Origin: Ignavibacteria bacterium
Lineage (GTDB): Bacteria; Bacteroidota; Ignavibacteria; Kapaibacteriales; Kapaibacteriaceae
Assembly: GCA_947495975.1 (NCBI GenBank)
Contig: CANMBE010000006.1
Span: 951 to 64,950, forward strand
Direction: 5' to 3'
DNA length: 64,000 nt
The notes under the pieces were generated by a model, which was not told where the DNA came from, did no database searches, and worked only from the letters and a program-made list of their open reading frames with translations. The position numbers and the translations under genes are program-made. Shown here in pieces: positions 42,111 to 51,188 of this stretch (positions are counted from its first letter, which is position 1; every line of letters starts with the position of its first letter).

Positions 42111-42136
42111 GGGATTAGGGCCTAGGGATTAGGGCA
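42109..42136 (+). repeat. Heptamer tandem repeat (TAGGGAT/TAGGGCC/TAGGGAT/TAGGGCA), G-quadruplex-capable
   Basis: GGG-ATTA-GGG-CCTA-GGG-ATTA-GGG at 42111-42134. Confidence 0.8.
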
Positions 42137-42150
42137 ATTGAAATCGTAAT

Positions 42151-44307
42151 TCAACGGAGGCGTATCGTCTGCCCCTTGCGAACAACGGTAGATTTCCGCA
42201 GTGACGCGTTCTTAGCCCGTATGGACTCTATGGTAACCCCAAACCGATCTGCAATCTCCTGCAGGGTATCTCCGGCCTTTACCTTGTAGTTCCGTGGTAG
42301 GGAAGCCTTTGGCTGCGAAGGTAGGAAAGTGCTCGCCTGTATATCTGCAACCCTACTCTTTGTTACGGATGTCTCAACATCAATCTCCACTCCGGCTATG
42401 AGTACGCTTTTGGGCTTAAGTCGGTTAAGCTGTCTGATACGCTCTGGCGTGGTCCCATAAGCTTCTGCTAACGCAGTGAGTGTTTCACCCTTGCGGACCT
42501 TGTGTTCAATAGTGCGGGTGATCGCCAACCGCTCTATAGCGGCGCCCTTTTTTATTGGAGAGTCTGTGATTGATACGATCAGCGTATCACCAATGCGGAT
42601 GTTCTCTTGATCGTATGGCAGGTTATTCCAGTTGCGCACGTCGGCAATCCGAACGTTAGACTTACGAGCGATAGAAGAGATGTTGTCTCCACTGCGGACT
42701 ACGTACTTCGAAGTGAGAACCTGACTCTTTTCTGCGGCTGGCGGTGTAACAACCTTTGTTGTGATGGCTAACTCAGCTGGTTCTGCGCCACGCGAGGTAA
42801 CTGGCACACGAAGATTGCTTCCTCTACGAAGCTTTGTCTTGTAGCCACTAAGGCCATTCACTTCAGCAATCTCTGACCCTGAAACACCATACCGGCGAGA
42901 GATTGAGGCAAGCGTTTCACCACGAGCAACCTTGTGGTTTACCCACGGACGCTTCTCTTGATCGGTAAGCATTGCATACCGCTTGTGAAAAGCTTCAGCG
43001 GTGCCTGGATAAAGCTTGAGGAGATACGTTCCAGTTGGTGGAGTGCATCCACGCACAAGCTCTGGGTTTAGCTTCTTCAGTGAATCAACTGGGATGTCAC
43101 AACAACGGGCTAGGACAGAAAGCTGCACGGGCTCTGTAATCTTGGCTGACTCGTACCGAAACGGCTCGTGAAAACGTAAAGAATCGTCTGGGAAACCATA
43201 CAGTTCGCGGTTGGACACAATGAGTGTGGCAGCAATAAATCCGGGTACATATTGCTGCGTTTCGCGGGGTAGAAACGGTTGGATCTGCCAAAAATTTGGC
43301 TTCTCAATGCCGGACTTGCGAATTGCTCTACGAACGTTTCCACCGCCGCAGTTGTATGCTGCCAATGCCAACTGCCAATCGCCGAGGTCATTGAAAAGGT
43401 CCTTCAAAAATCGCATCGCTGCACGAGTAGATTTCTCAGGGTCGCGCCGTTCATCAATCCAATACGTTACGTTTAGATCATACTCCTCACCTGTTGGCTG
43501 CATGAACTGCCACATACCAACAGCACGTGCTCGAGAGAATGCATTTGGGTTAAGCCCCGACTCAACAATCGCAAGGTGAGCAATTTCCTCTGGTGCATTT
43601 TCTTCTCGTGCAATACGCTTGATGAAGTCAAACCAACGTCCAGTGCGCTCAAGCGAGATCTTCATAAACTTGCGACCAAGCTTCTGCGTGAAGAAGTTGA
43701 TGTTCTTCTGCACCGACTCATTGTACGTCAGCGGAATGATGGTTTCCGGAATCGTTGAAGGCGGCTCAGGCTTCGGAACAACAATGGTCTCAACTGTTGG
43801 ACGAGACGCTTCCACTTCTTCAAAGAGCCGCTCGCGGAGAACAAAGACTGATGAGTTCTCATCTAGGTTGTCAATGTTCTGCACATAGGATTCGTAGTCT
43901 TCGATTACGGCCTGTACAAGGTCTGTAAAGTCTACGTTCTCTTCGATGCGTGGATATGAAGCTAGGTCGTTAAGCAAGGCAATGGCCGACTCAAACTGAA
44001 CCGCTGCCGCAGCTGTGTCTCGCTGCTCAACAAGTGAAAGTGCCTTCAGATAACGCTTCCGAGCACGCTCCAGATTGGATGTAACCTCAGGATCCCATTC
44101 TCCGGCAGTGGAGGTCTCTTCGTCTAAATCGCTGAATTCATCAGGGAAGACCGGGCGCTGGCGTGCCGAGTCGGGGATAGAGGCTAGAAACGAGGGTTTG
44201 CCTTGAAGGGTAGTGCTTAAGAGATCCGGTGCCGACATTACAATGCAGGAAAGTACAATGGCCATAAGCCACAATCTGCTGTTGTGTATGTGGGTTGTAC
44301 GGATCAT
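42151..44307 (-). CDS. MltD-like lytic transglycosylase with multiple LysM domains
   Basis: AIVESG, AVGMWQFM, LAAYNCG and LPRETQQYVP motifs; four LysM repeats. Start could be slightly downstream. Confidence 0.93.
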   Translation of the reverse strand: MIRTTHIHNSRLWLMAIVLSCIVMSAPDLLSTTLQGKPSFLASIPDSARQRPVFPDEFSDLDEETSTAGEWDPEVTSNLERARKRYLKALSLVEQRDTAAAAVQFESAIALLNDLASYPRIEENVDFTDLVQAVIEDYESYVQNIDNLDENSSVFVLRERLFEEVEASRPTVETIVVPKPEPPSTIPETIIPLTYNESVQKNINFFTQKLGRKFMKISLERTGRWFDFIKRIAREENAPEEIAHLAIVESGLNPNAFSRARAVGMWQFMQPTGEEYDLNVTYWIDERRDPEKSTRAAMRFLKDLFNDLGDWQLALAAYNCGGGNVRRAIRKSGIEKPNFWQIQPFLPRETQQYVPGFIAATLIVSNRELYGFPDDSLRFHEPFRYESAKITEPVQLSVLARCCDIPVDSLKKLNPELVRGCTPPTGTYLLKLYPGTAEAFHKRYAMLTDQEKRPWVNHKVARGETLASISRRYGVSGSEIAEVNGLSGYKTKLRRGSNLRVPVTSRGAEPAELAITTKVVTPPAAEKSQVLTSKYVVRSGDNISSIARKSNVRIADVRNWNNLPYDQENIRIGDTLIVSITDSPIKKGAAIERLAITRTIEHKVRKGETLTALAEAYGTTPERIRQLNRLKPKSVLIAGVEIDVETSVTKSRVADIQASTFLPSQPKASLPRNYKVKAGDTLQEIADRFGVTIESIRAKNASLRKSTVVRKGQTIRLR

Positions 44308-44323
44308 GCTCTTCCTTTTGCAA

Positions 44324-44331
44324 CAAATATA
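44324..44331 (-). promoter_or_regulatory. -7 promoter element TATATTTG for the transglycosylase
   Basis: TAnnTTTG 16 nt upstream of ATG 44307. Confidence 0.6.
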
Positions 44332-44567
44332 CCACTGAGCGAGCAAGGACGCCAAACCGAATGACGCATTGCCAGTGAACGGAAGTTCATGAAATATCAG
44401 GTGTTAGCTCGATAGTGCTTATCGCAGACCGTGTGATATCCAAGCCTTTATCGTGCCAACGGAGCAGCCGTTCACTTTTAGTCCTGACGGTGGCATCGGC
44501 ACAAGGCCAGTTGCACGAGACATCGTTTATACGAGTTGGCCACTCCGTGCTGTTGTTGTCATCGCCA

Positions 44568-44813
44568 TCACGTGGAGAGGCCCACCCCTAGAAGGTGCTC
44601 AAATTCATTGCGAATGCAATGTTCGTGTACCAAACGCATGATGTGAAGCCGACTGCGTAGGTATTGCGAAGCCCCGTCATCGCCATCTTCTTGCGCTGTT
44701 TCAATCATCATTTCAATCTCCATTTCTTCGTCCAGCCACGCACGTTCTGCGTTGCGCATTGATTCAACGTGTTCCATATAGCGCTCCATATCGTCGATAT
44801 CATTGAGGGTCAT
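44568..44813 (-). CDS. Small acidic hypothetical protein
   Basis: GGAG 7 nt upstream of the ATG; 81 aa with 17 D/E in the first 47 residues. Confidence 0.5.
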   Translation of the reverse strand: MTLNDIDDMERYMEHVESMRNAERAWLDEEMEIEMMIETAQEDGDDGASQYLRSRLHIMRLVHEHCIRNEFEHLLGVGLST

Positions 44814-45088
44814 AAAAGTGCTCCATCATATAGTGTCGGTGTTTGTCTCTGTGCCGCAGCAGGAGCAAAACGTGACATTAAGACCTCGTGAATGACACCG
44901 TAGAACAAGCACGAAGATGTTCCAACCCTGATCGTGAGCGCCCGTTCTGGCGCAAACATTCACAGTTAACAACGTGCGGCTTCTCATGAACACGCTCACT
45001 GACGAATGAGGATCTCAGCGTGATTTATACATTCGTCACACATCTAGGCCCTAAAAGCGAAACAGTCTCCGCTGGTCTATATATCGAC

Positions 45089-46618
45089 TCACCTAGCCTC
45101 TCGTAATACAACGAGGTATGTGCCATGTGGTGCATGCCTCGTATGTTTTCCTACGGAAAGTTCTTCGTTTACAACTTTGCCGAGCCATCTGCCAGATACA
45201 TCATATGCGTCAACATCGATGTTGCCGCTTACGAGAACGGATACGTAAACGTTACGTGATAGAACGTCGAGTTGCACGGATGTGGGTGATGGGATTGCAT
45301 CATGAACATCTAGTGGACCGTCTTCGAGCCGACCTTGTTTTGTGAGTGTCTTGCCAGCAAGTGCCGGGTGATCTGGTCCAAAGCGGTAGACCTTAAAGAT
45401 CATTGTGTTACGTGGAGTTTGACCCTGTAGTATTGGCCCCATGTTGCCAACGGGGCTCACATAGCGCCACACTTCTTTGCCGTCAGCGGTTACTTCAGTC
45501 AATATTCCCTGAGGCCCTAGACACGCCAGCGTATTTCCATTGGGCATGCGTGTTGCGCCGCTGATGTTGGTTGCGTAGAACTGTGTGGTGCCAATCTCCG
45601 GATATTTCCAAACAGATGTAGCTGGACCGAATGCTGCATTCGGTTGGCGAAGATAGTTGCCCGATGCATCAAGGGGCACAACAATCTCTTCAACTGTTGA
45701 ATAATTTGTTGGCGTGGAGTTGGGTCTGTTGGACCCATTGTTGAACATCGTAATACGCGTGCCGTTTGAATCAAGCCAACGAGCATCATGTTGGGCAAAA
45801 AGTTTTTGATCTGCCATTGTCCCACGCTGATAGAGCATAGGATTACCCCAGCGATATACGATATCGCCCGACGTACGAGAAATAATCCACAATTCGTTCA
45901 GGTTATGAATGCTCACAAGGACTTCATCGCGCTTTGCGTTATAACGCACAGAGTTCATATGTAGCCAATCAGAGCGCGTTCCACCCACGTTAATGTCAAT
46001 TCGATCTGGACTGTTTTGTCCTGGACTATAGTTGGGTTTTGAAGGGTCAATGGATTGGCACATGTGATCCCATGATGACCACGACCAGACAATCTCACCT
46101 GTGGCAGGTCCGGTCTGACGTACCTCGATGATTCGTTCTGACCACAGCTCATTCTCTGTCAAACGAGATTCAATTCTTCCTTGTGCAATGGCTTCTTCGC
46201 GCGTATGACTTTCCCATACAAGGAGTAGAATGTTGCCGTTAGGAAGTATCTCAACATCGTGATGAAGCCGATACGTGCTGCCATAATGTTCGAACAGCCA
46301 AAGCAGTTTGCCATCCCAGTCAAACTTTTCTACTAAGCCCCCGGCACCGCCGCCACCCATTGACTGTACAGCAGGTGCTCCTGTTCGAAGGAGTGTGCCG
46401 TCATTGAGCAACATGACAGCTTGACCTGGACCGTATTGACTGCGCCACTGTTTTACAACTTGGCCATCATTGTCTATGAGATACGTGGTCTTTGATGTAA
46501 TCGGAGCAAAGAGTGTGTAGCCGTTGTACGAAAGTGATGGATCATGTTTAAATACACCAACGGTCTGTTGCGCATGCGCACAGAAGGCAACAAACAGAAA
46601 AAGGAAGATAACTTTCAT
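45089..46618 (-). CDS. Arylsulfotransferase (ASST)-like beta-propeller, probable T9SS cargo
   Basis: GYTLFAP, LHHDVEILPNGN, DWLHMNS, QHDARW, MFNNG; C-terminal YDVSGR...GTYLV. Confidence 0.9.
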   Translation of the reverse strand: MKVIFLFLFVAFCAHAQQTVGVFKHDPSLSYNGYTLFAPITSKTTYLIDNDGQVVKQWRSQYGPGQAVMLLNDGTLLRTGAPAVQSMGGGGAGGLVEKFDWDGKLLWLFEHYGSTYRLHHDVEILPNGNILLLVWESHTREEAIAQGRIESRLTENELWSERIIEVRQTGPATGEIVWSWSSWDHMCQSIDPSKPNYSPGQNSPDRIDINVGGTRSDWLHMNSVRYNAKRDEVLVSIHNLNELWIISRTSGDIVYRWGNPMLYQRGTMADQKLFAQHDARWLDSNGTRITMFNNGSNRPNSTPTNYSTVEEIVVPLDASGNYLRQPNAAFGPATSVWKYPEIGTTQFYATNISGATRMPNGNTLACLGPQGILTEVTADGKEVWRYVSPVGNMGPILQGQTPRNTMIFKVYRFGPDHPALAGKTLTKQGRLEDGPLDVHDAIPSPTSVQLDVLSRNVYVSVLVSGNIDVDAYDVSGRWLGKVVNEELSVGKHTRHAPHGTYLVVLREAR

Positions 46619-46708
46619 CGCAAAGTCCTTTGAAGTTCTATACGCCACATGAATCTGTAAAGTTAGGACCTAGTCCAATTTTGATGCGTGGAGAGATACA
46701 GGCTAGTC

Positions 46709-47893
46709 TTAGTTCTGCTGTTGTGAGATTCTTCCGCCACAAACACACAGAATTGTACGATGTTTTGATGCTACCGCGGCATACACGCCATCAGCGAATG
46801 GGAGCAGGTCATTGAGAGCATCAACCTGACCAACAACAGAACCTTTTAAGTCGAGAATCAGCCACGGACCAATATTCTCGGTTCTATGGGTGTCTTCTGA
46901 CACGAACACAGATCGTTGGATCATGCGTGCACAAAACACAGCCGCCGCACTATCAATGCGCCGCTCATCATGCAGTGCATGGGCAGTCCCTTCATAGATC
47001 CACGTTTCGTATTGATCGGTTGGGATGCCACGCTTTTCAAATTCTCTTTTCATGGCGCAAGTACCAACAAACTGAGGATAGTTCGCTGACACATTAAGTG
47101 GAAGTCCCCAAAGCCCCCTAGCAATTGCACATGGAACAACGGGATCTGCTCGTTGATGATAGCTATAGGTTGGTACGAATGGCGCGCCTTGCAGCAGCCT
47201 AATGTCTATTAGCGAACCAAAAATGTTCACCGTTGCACGAATAGAGGGAAGGGGCGTACCAGGGAGTAACTCTCCATGTAGGGAGCCAATGTGTGGCCTC
47301 GGAAACTGATCAAAGCCACGCACAACCGGACTGATCTCTCCAAGAAAGAGCGGACGTGGATCTGAATCATCAAGGTAGGACGCATGAAGTGCGATCATTG
47401 CACCAGCGCTTCCGCCACCAACAACTATACGAGATGTATCGATGCGGTACCGGGAGGCGTTCACAACGAGATATTTCAGTGCCGACCGAAAATCCTGAAC
47501 GCCACGGTACAACGCACGTAGGACTTCTGCGGTGTCATAGGCAAAGGGAGGGTCAAAAAGTAATGGACCATAGAAGCCCAGGCGGTATGATATTGTAACG
47601 GCTACGTAGCCCCGCTCTGCCCAACGTTTGCACAGAGCGTTCATCTCCGCTCTGTTGCCACCAATAAAGCCGCCGCCGTGCACCCAGAGTACGAGTGGCC
47701 TGCTTGCTGCACCATCATCGGTTGGGTAGTAGACGTTCATGCGCAACGTATCGATGCGACCATTAAATGCTGGCGCAGTTGTGTATGCGATATCATTTTC
47801 AGAAACGGCAGTATATCTAACGTCAACGTATGGCTGTGCAACAATGGCAATGCTGCCAAGGAAAAACATCAGCGCGAATATGAGGTTGTGCAT
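46709..47893 (-). CDS. Secreted carboxylesterase (alpha/beta hydrolase) with short CTD-like tail
   Basis: HGGGF, ISYRLG, GGSAG, DPVVP and C-terminal His; signal peptide (IVA-Q). Confidence 0.9.
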   Translation of the reverse strand: MHNLIFALMFFLGSIAIVAQPYVDVRYTAVSENDIAYTTAPAFNGRIDTLRMNVYYPTDDGAASRPLVLWVHGGGFIGGNRAEMNALCKRWAERGYVAVTISYRLGFYGPLLFDPPFAYDTAEVLRALYRGVQDFRSALKYLVVNASRYRIDTSRIVVGGGSAGAMIALHASYLDDSDPRPLFLGEISPVVRGFDQFPRPHIGSLHGELLPGTPLPSIRATVNIFGSLIDIRLLQGAPFVPTYSYHQRADPVVPCAIARGLWGLPLNVSANYPQFVGTCAMKREFEKRGIPTDQYETWIYEGTAHALHDERRIDSAAAVFCARMIQRSVFVSEDTHRTENIGPWLILDLKGSVVGQVDALNDLLPFADGVYAAVASKHRTILCVCGGRISQQQN

Positions 47894-47964
47894 AAGGCAA
47901 ACGTAATGTGAAATCAACTACCGTGTCAGACTATCTTCGTATTTACCAATTCTTGGACCAAAAG

Positions 47965-48408
47965 ATGATCATCGATCAATTCAGCGAAACATCGGCTTTT
48001 GAGCATCTGACTTGGTTTGTAGCTATTCAAGAGTATGTATTGAACAACAATCTGCACGAAGCCGATGCCGGTAGGTATGATATTGATGGTGACGATCTGT
48101 TTGTAATCATTGCCGATGACACAGCACGAGATGTACATCCGCCCCTTGAAGCTCACCGCACGTACATTGACCTTCAGCTTACAATTGAAGGATCGTTTGA
48201 CGTTTTGTGGCGTCCACTTGCACAGTGTGTTGATCTGCTTCAGCCATATAGTTCAGAAGACGATGTGTTATTGATGTCGGACAGCGCAACAACCTGCCTA
48301 ACGCTCAGCGAAGGAATTGCCGCTGTTTTCTTCCCAGGTGATGCGCACGCTCCTCAACCACCATCGGTGTCTGTGCGGAAGGCAGTCTTCAAAATTAAAG
48401 TCCCATAA
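47965..48408 (+). CDS. YhcH/YjgK/YiaL family protein
   Basis: GRYDIDGD, EAHRTYIDLQ, FFPGDAHAP and VRKAVFKI motifs. Confidence 0.92.
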   Translation: MIIDQFSETSAFEHLTWFVAIQEYVLNNNLHEADAGRYDIDGDDLFVIIADDTARDVHPPLEAHRTYIDLQLTIEGSFDVLWRPLAQCVDLLQPYSSEDDVLLMSDSATTCLTLSEGIAAVFFPGDAHAPQPPSVSVRKAVFKIKVP

Positions 48409-48511
48409 GGGGCTCCTGGCTCACCCCGTATTGCAACAACTACGATAGTTGTGTGACAAACCGTAGGTATGTGCGATCTTCGCGGATTGGAATACACATG
48501 AGCCACGCAGA

Positions 48512-48766
48512 ATGACAGACGATCCTGAGCTAGAATATTCGCCCCTTTGCAGAAGTATCACAGAAAACGATAGAACACTAGAGGTGTACATCTTCCGACA
48601 ACGTGGCAATACCCCGTGGCATTTGGAAGTTGTTGATGATCATGATCACTCGTCGGTCTGGGAAGACCCATTTCCATCAGATGCCCAGGCACTTGGAATG
48701 GTTCAGCGCATTATTCGCGAGGAAGGCTTTGTTGCTTTTCTTGGACCCGGACCAGATGACGAGTAG
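48512..48766 (+). CDS. Small hypothetical protein
   Basis: 84-aa globular-looking ORF (WHLEVVD...SSVWEDPFPSDAQAL). Confidence 0.75.
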   Translation: MTDDPELEYSPLCRSITENDRTLEVYIFRQRGNTPWHLEVVDDHDHSSVWEDPFPSDAQALGMVQRIIREEGFVAFLGPGPDDE

Positions 48767-48834
48767 GGGAGCGAGGTCTCTCTGCGCAAGTGGGCCTTGC
48801 TGTAGTTATTCAATGACACCGTAGGAGTGATACA

Positions 48835-49374
48835 ATGGAAATGGCTCTCAACATTGATGTGATACTAGCTGTTCTTGCTGCTATATCTGTTATTGTCTTT
48901 GTGATGTTTCGTGTTCGGGACAAGTTTAAGCCGCTTGACCCTAAAGACATTGTGGTGACGGTGCTAGATGTAGATGTTGTGTGCCAAGCAGTTCGAGATT
49001 CAACCGCACTGGATGTGTTTGCAGTGTTCCTCATCCCAAGCGTACAAACATCAGCGGATGATGGTGTTCCATCTGTTGAGTTGGCGCTCTTGAATGGTAT
49101 TGTGGGAATCGACTATGTGTTGCTTTCAAAGGCAAATGTCGAAAAACAACAGAGCTTTGTAGACCTTGCAACGGAAATGGGGCACACGGTTGTTGAGCAC
49201 GCGCTGGGTGATGTTCCATACCTGCGAGTTGAGGACGGTGATGTGCCGCAGTTAATGAGAGAATGCTTGCGGAGGATATTTCATCTCGATGATGATGAAC
49301 TCATGAGTATCGTGTTGGAAGGGGTTGATCACTCTACCGTTGTTCCACTTCTATCAAAGATGCGAGCACGATAG
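48835..49374 (+). CDS. Hypothetical protein with N-terminal membrane anchor
   Basis: AGGAG ribosome-binding site; N-terminal TM helix; 179 aa. Confidence 0.75.
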   Translation: MEMALNIDVILAVLAAISVIVFVMFRVRDKFKPLDPKDIVVTVLDVDVVCQAVRDSTALDVFAVFLIPSVQTSADDGVPSVELALLNGIVGIDYVLLSKANVEKQQSFVDLATEMGHTVVEHALGDVPYLRVEDGDVPQLMRECLRRIFHLDDDELMSIVLEGVDHSTVVPLLSKMRAR

Positions 49375-49509
49375 ATTCATCAATGCCATTCCTAGTTGAG
49401 TTCAATCCACTCATTCGTCCATATGTAGTTCTGCGATTTGAATCCATGTTGTGTGCGGCACTATTTTGCCAAGCTTCAGTGCACATTTGGATGAGAGGTC
49501 CGTTGACCC

Positions 49510-49677
49510 TTACTTCAAGACCACGTAATGGCCGTCATCTACCCCTTCCGGTTGGTAGATATCCAATCGTTTCCCCGTGTCCAACGCTTTCTTGCATAGC
49601 TTGATGGCAACGTGTAGCTCGCTGTTATCGTGGGGGTAACTCAAAGCATACGTCTCTATGTAAGACGACAACGTCAA
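49510..49677 (-). CDS. Possible 55-aa small protein or gene remnant
   Basis: TTG overlapping the asparaginase TGA; reads MTLSSYIETYALSYPHDNSELHVAIKLCKKALDTGKRLDIYQPEGVDDGHYVVLK. Confidence 0.3.
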   Translation of the reverse strand: MTLSSYIETYALSYPHDNSELHVAIKLCKKALDTGKRLDIYQPEGVDDGHYVVLK

Positions 49678-50615
49678 CCGATGTAACTCGCAGATGTTTT
49701 TAACTCTTCATTGAGTGCATAAGAAAACCCCTTCTGTATGCTGTATGCCCCGTGACGTCTTTGGCGATCGATAGCGAGAATGCCAACCTGAAAATCTTTG
49801 TAGTTGCTGTGCTTGGAAACAATACGCTTGATAGCTGTTTCGCACGCTTGTTGGGGCGAAGCTCCTGACCGCATGCTCTCCACCGCTAGGAATGAAGCCA
49901 GGGTGCGAAGCACGCTCTCTCCAAGCCCCGTGCATGTTGCAGCTCCAACTTCATTGTCAACATATAGTCCAGCTCCAATGATTGGGGAGTCACCTACCCG
50001 ACCATGCGCTTTAAAAGCAAGTCCGCTTGTAGTGCACGCACCGGCCATTTCACCTGAACTATTTATTGCAAGCAGTCCAATCGTATCGTGGTTTTCAATG
50101 TTAATGACGGGCGAATAGTTTTTCTCTTTGCACCACACTTCCCATGCCTTTCGTGCCTGAAGTGTAAGAGCGTTTGGCACTTGAGAAATTCCTTGCTCAC
50201 GCGCAAAGCGTTCAGCGCCCAATCCCGCAAGTATTACGTGCGGCGTGCGCTCCATCACCATCCGTGCAAGTGAAATAGGGTGTGCGATGCCTTGTACAAA
50301 ACATACGGAGCCTGCCCTGCAATCGCCCGTCATGATCGATGCATCAAGAGTAACAATTCCATCCCGGTCTGGTAACCCCCCCAACCCAACACTGAGGTTT
50401 GTAGGGTCTGCCTCCACGATCATTACCCCATGCTCAACAGCATCGAGCACAGTGCCACCATTACGGAGTGTTGCGCGTGCAGCGATGTTAGCGGGGAGGC
50501 CATGATTCCATGTTGATATCACCAGCGTGGCATCATCAGAGCGTGCAAAAATACGAGAGGTTGATGCTAAGGTGGCAACTCCCACAGATGTTTGAAGAAA
50601 GGAGCGTCGGTTCAT
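49674..50615 (-). CDS. N(4)-(beta-N-acetylglucosaminyl)-L-asparaginase (glycosylasparaginase), Tat-exported
   Basis: RRSFL twin-arginine signal; SVGLGGLPD, autocleavage HD-TIG and GRVGDSP motifs. Confidence 0.95.
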   Translation of the reverse strand: MNRRSFLQTSVGVATLASTSRIFARSDDATLVISTWNHGLPANIAARATLRNGGTVLDAVEHGVMIVEADPTNLSVGLGGLPDRDGIVTLDASIMTGDCRAGSVCFVQGIAHPISLARMVMERTPHVILAGLGAERFAREQGISQVPNALTLQARKAWEVWCKEKNYSPVINIENHDTIGLLAINSSGEMAGACTTSGLAFKAHGRVGDSPIIGAGLYVDNEVGAATCTGLGESVLRTLASFLAVESMRSGASPQQACETAIKRIVSKHSNYKDFQVGILAIDRQRRHGAYSIQKGFSYALNEELKTSASYIG

Positions 50616-50655
50616 AGTAGCGTTACGCTTGATGAGAGTAGCGGCACAATACCGA

Positions 50656-50772
50656 GTGCCGCAAACATGTAAAAAACTGTCATATCATATTGTGTTTGCA
50701 ACCAAACATAGCACTCTATTGAACAAGCGTAAAGGGCTGCTTCGCGTTTACATGCTGGAATCACTCCCGTAG
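50656..50772 (+). pseudogene. Truncated IS200/IS605-family (Y1/RAYT-like) transposase N-terminus
   Basis: Reads MPQTCKKLSYHIVFATKH...LLRVYM; YHIVFATK is typical of TnpA N-termini; stops before the HUH motif. Confidence 0.7.
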
Positions 50773-50796
50773 CTCGGAACTTATGTCCTTAGCTAC
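50769..50796. repeat. GTAG-type REP-like imperfect hairpin
   Basis: GTAGCT-CGGAAC-TTAT-GTCCTT-AGCTAC abutting the transposase remnant. Confidence 0.45.
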
Positions 50797-50801
50797 TGGA
50801 G

Positions 50802-51065
50802 CAAAAACAACGAACTCGGCAATACGATGTACACCTGGGTAGTGTGTTCGCGTAGTATGTTGTCTTAACGAAATGGTGAGGTGTTCTTTATGTTGAATGA
50901 TATGCGAACGCTGTTACCAATGGTCGGTGACGATGGCTCACAAATGACATTCTTGACTTTCACAGATGCAGGTTTGTCATAACCAAGAACTGCAAGTGCG
51001 TGGACCTGTGCGAGAAGTGCCCAGGCCTTTGCTTTGTTGTCTTCCGTTCCAATAACTGACCAATG
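50802..51065 (-). pseudogene. Remnant of an AlkC-like DNA alkylation repair protein (C-terminal Ig-like domain)
   Basis: HALAVLGY...PTIGNSVRISFNIKNTS, then frameshifted RQHTTRTHYPGVHRI. Confidence 0.65.
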
Positions 51066-51188
51066 GTATGCAGCTGCATGCGCGTTTGCAGCTCGGTTAA
51101 TCGCTATGCCTCATTGTTGCACTCCACTCCAAACCAATGATGTCGAATCCGAATATCATCATCAAGTGTTTGTGCACTCAAAATGATT

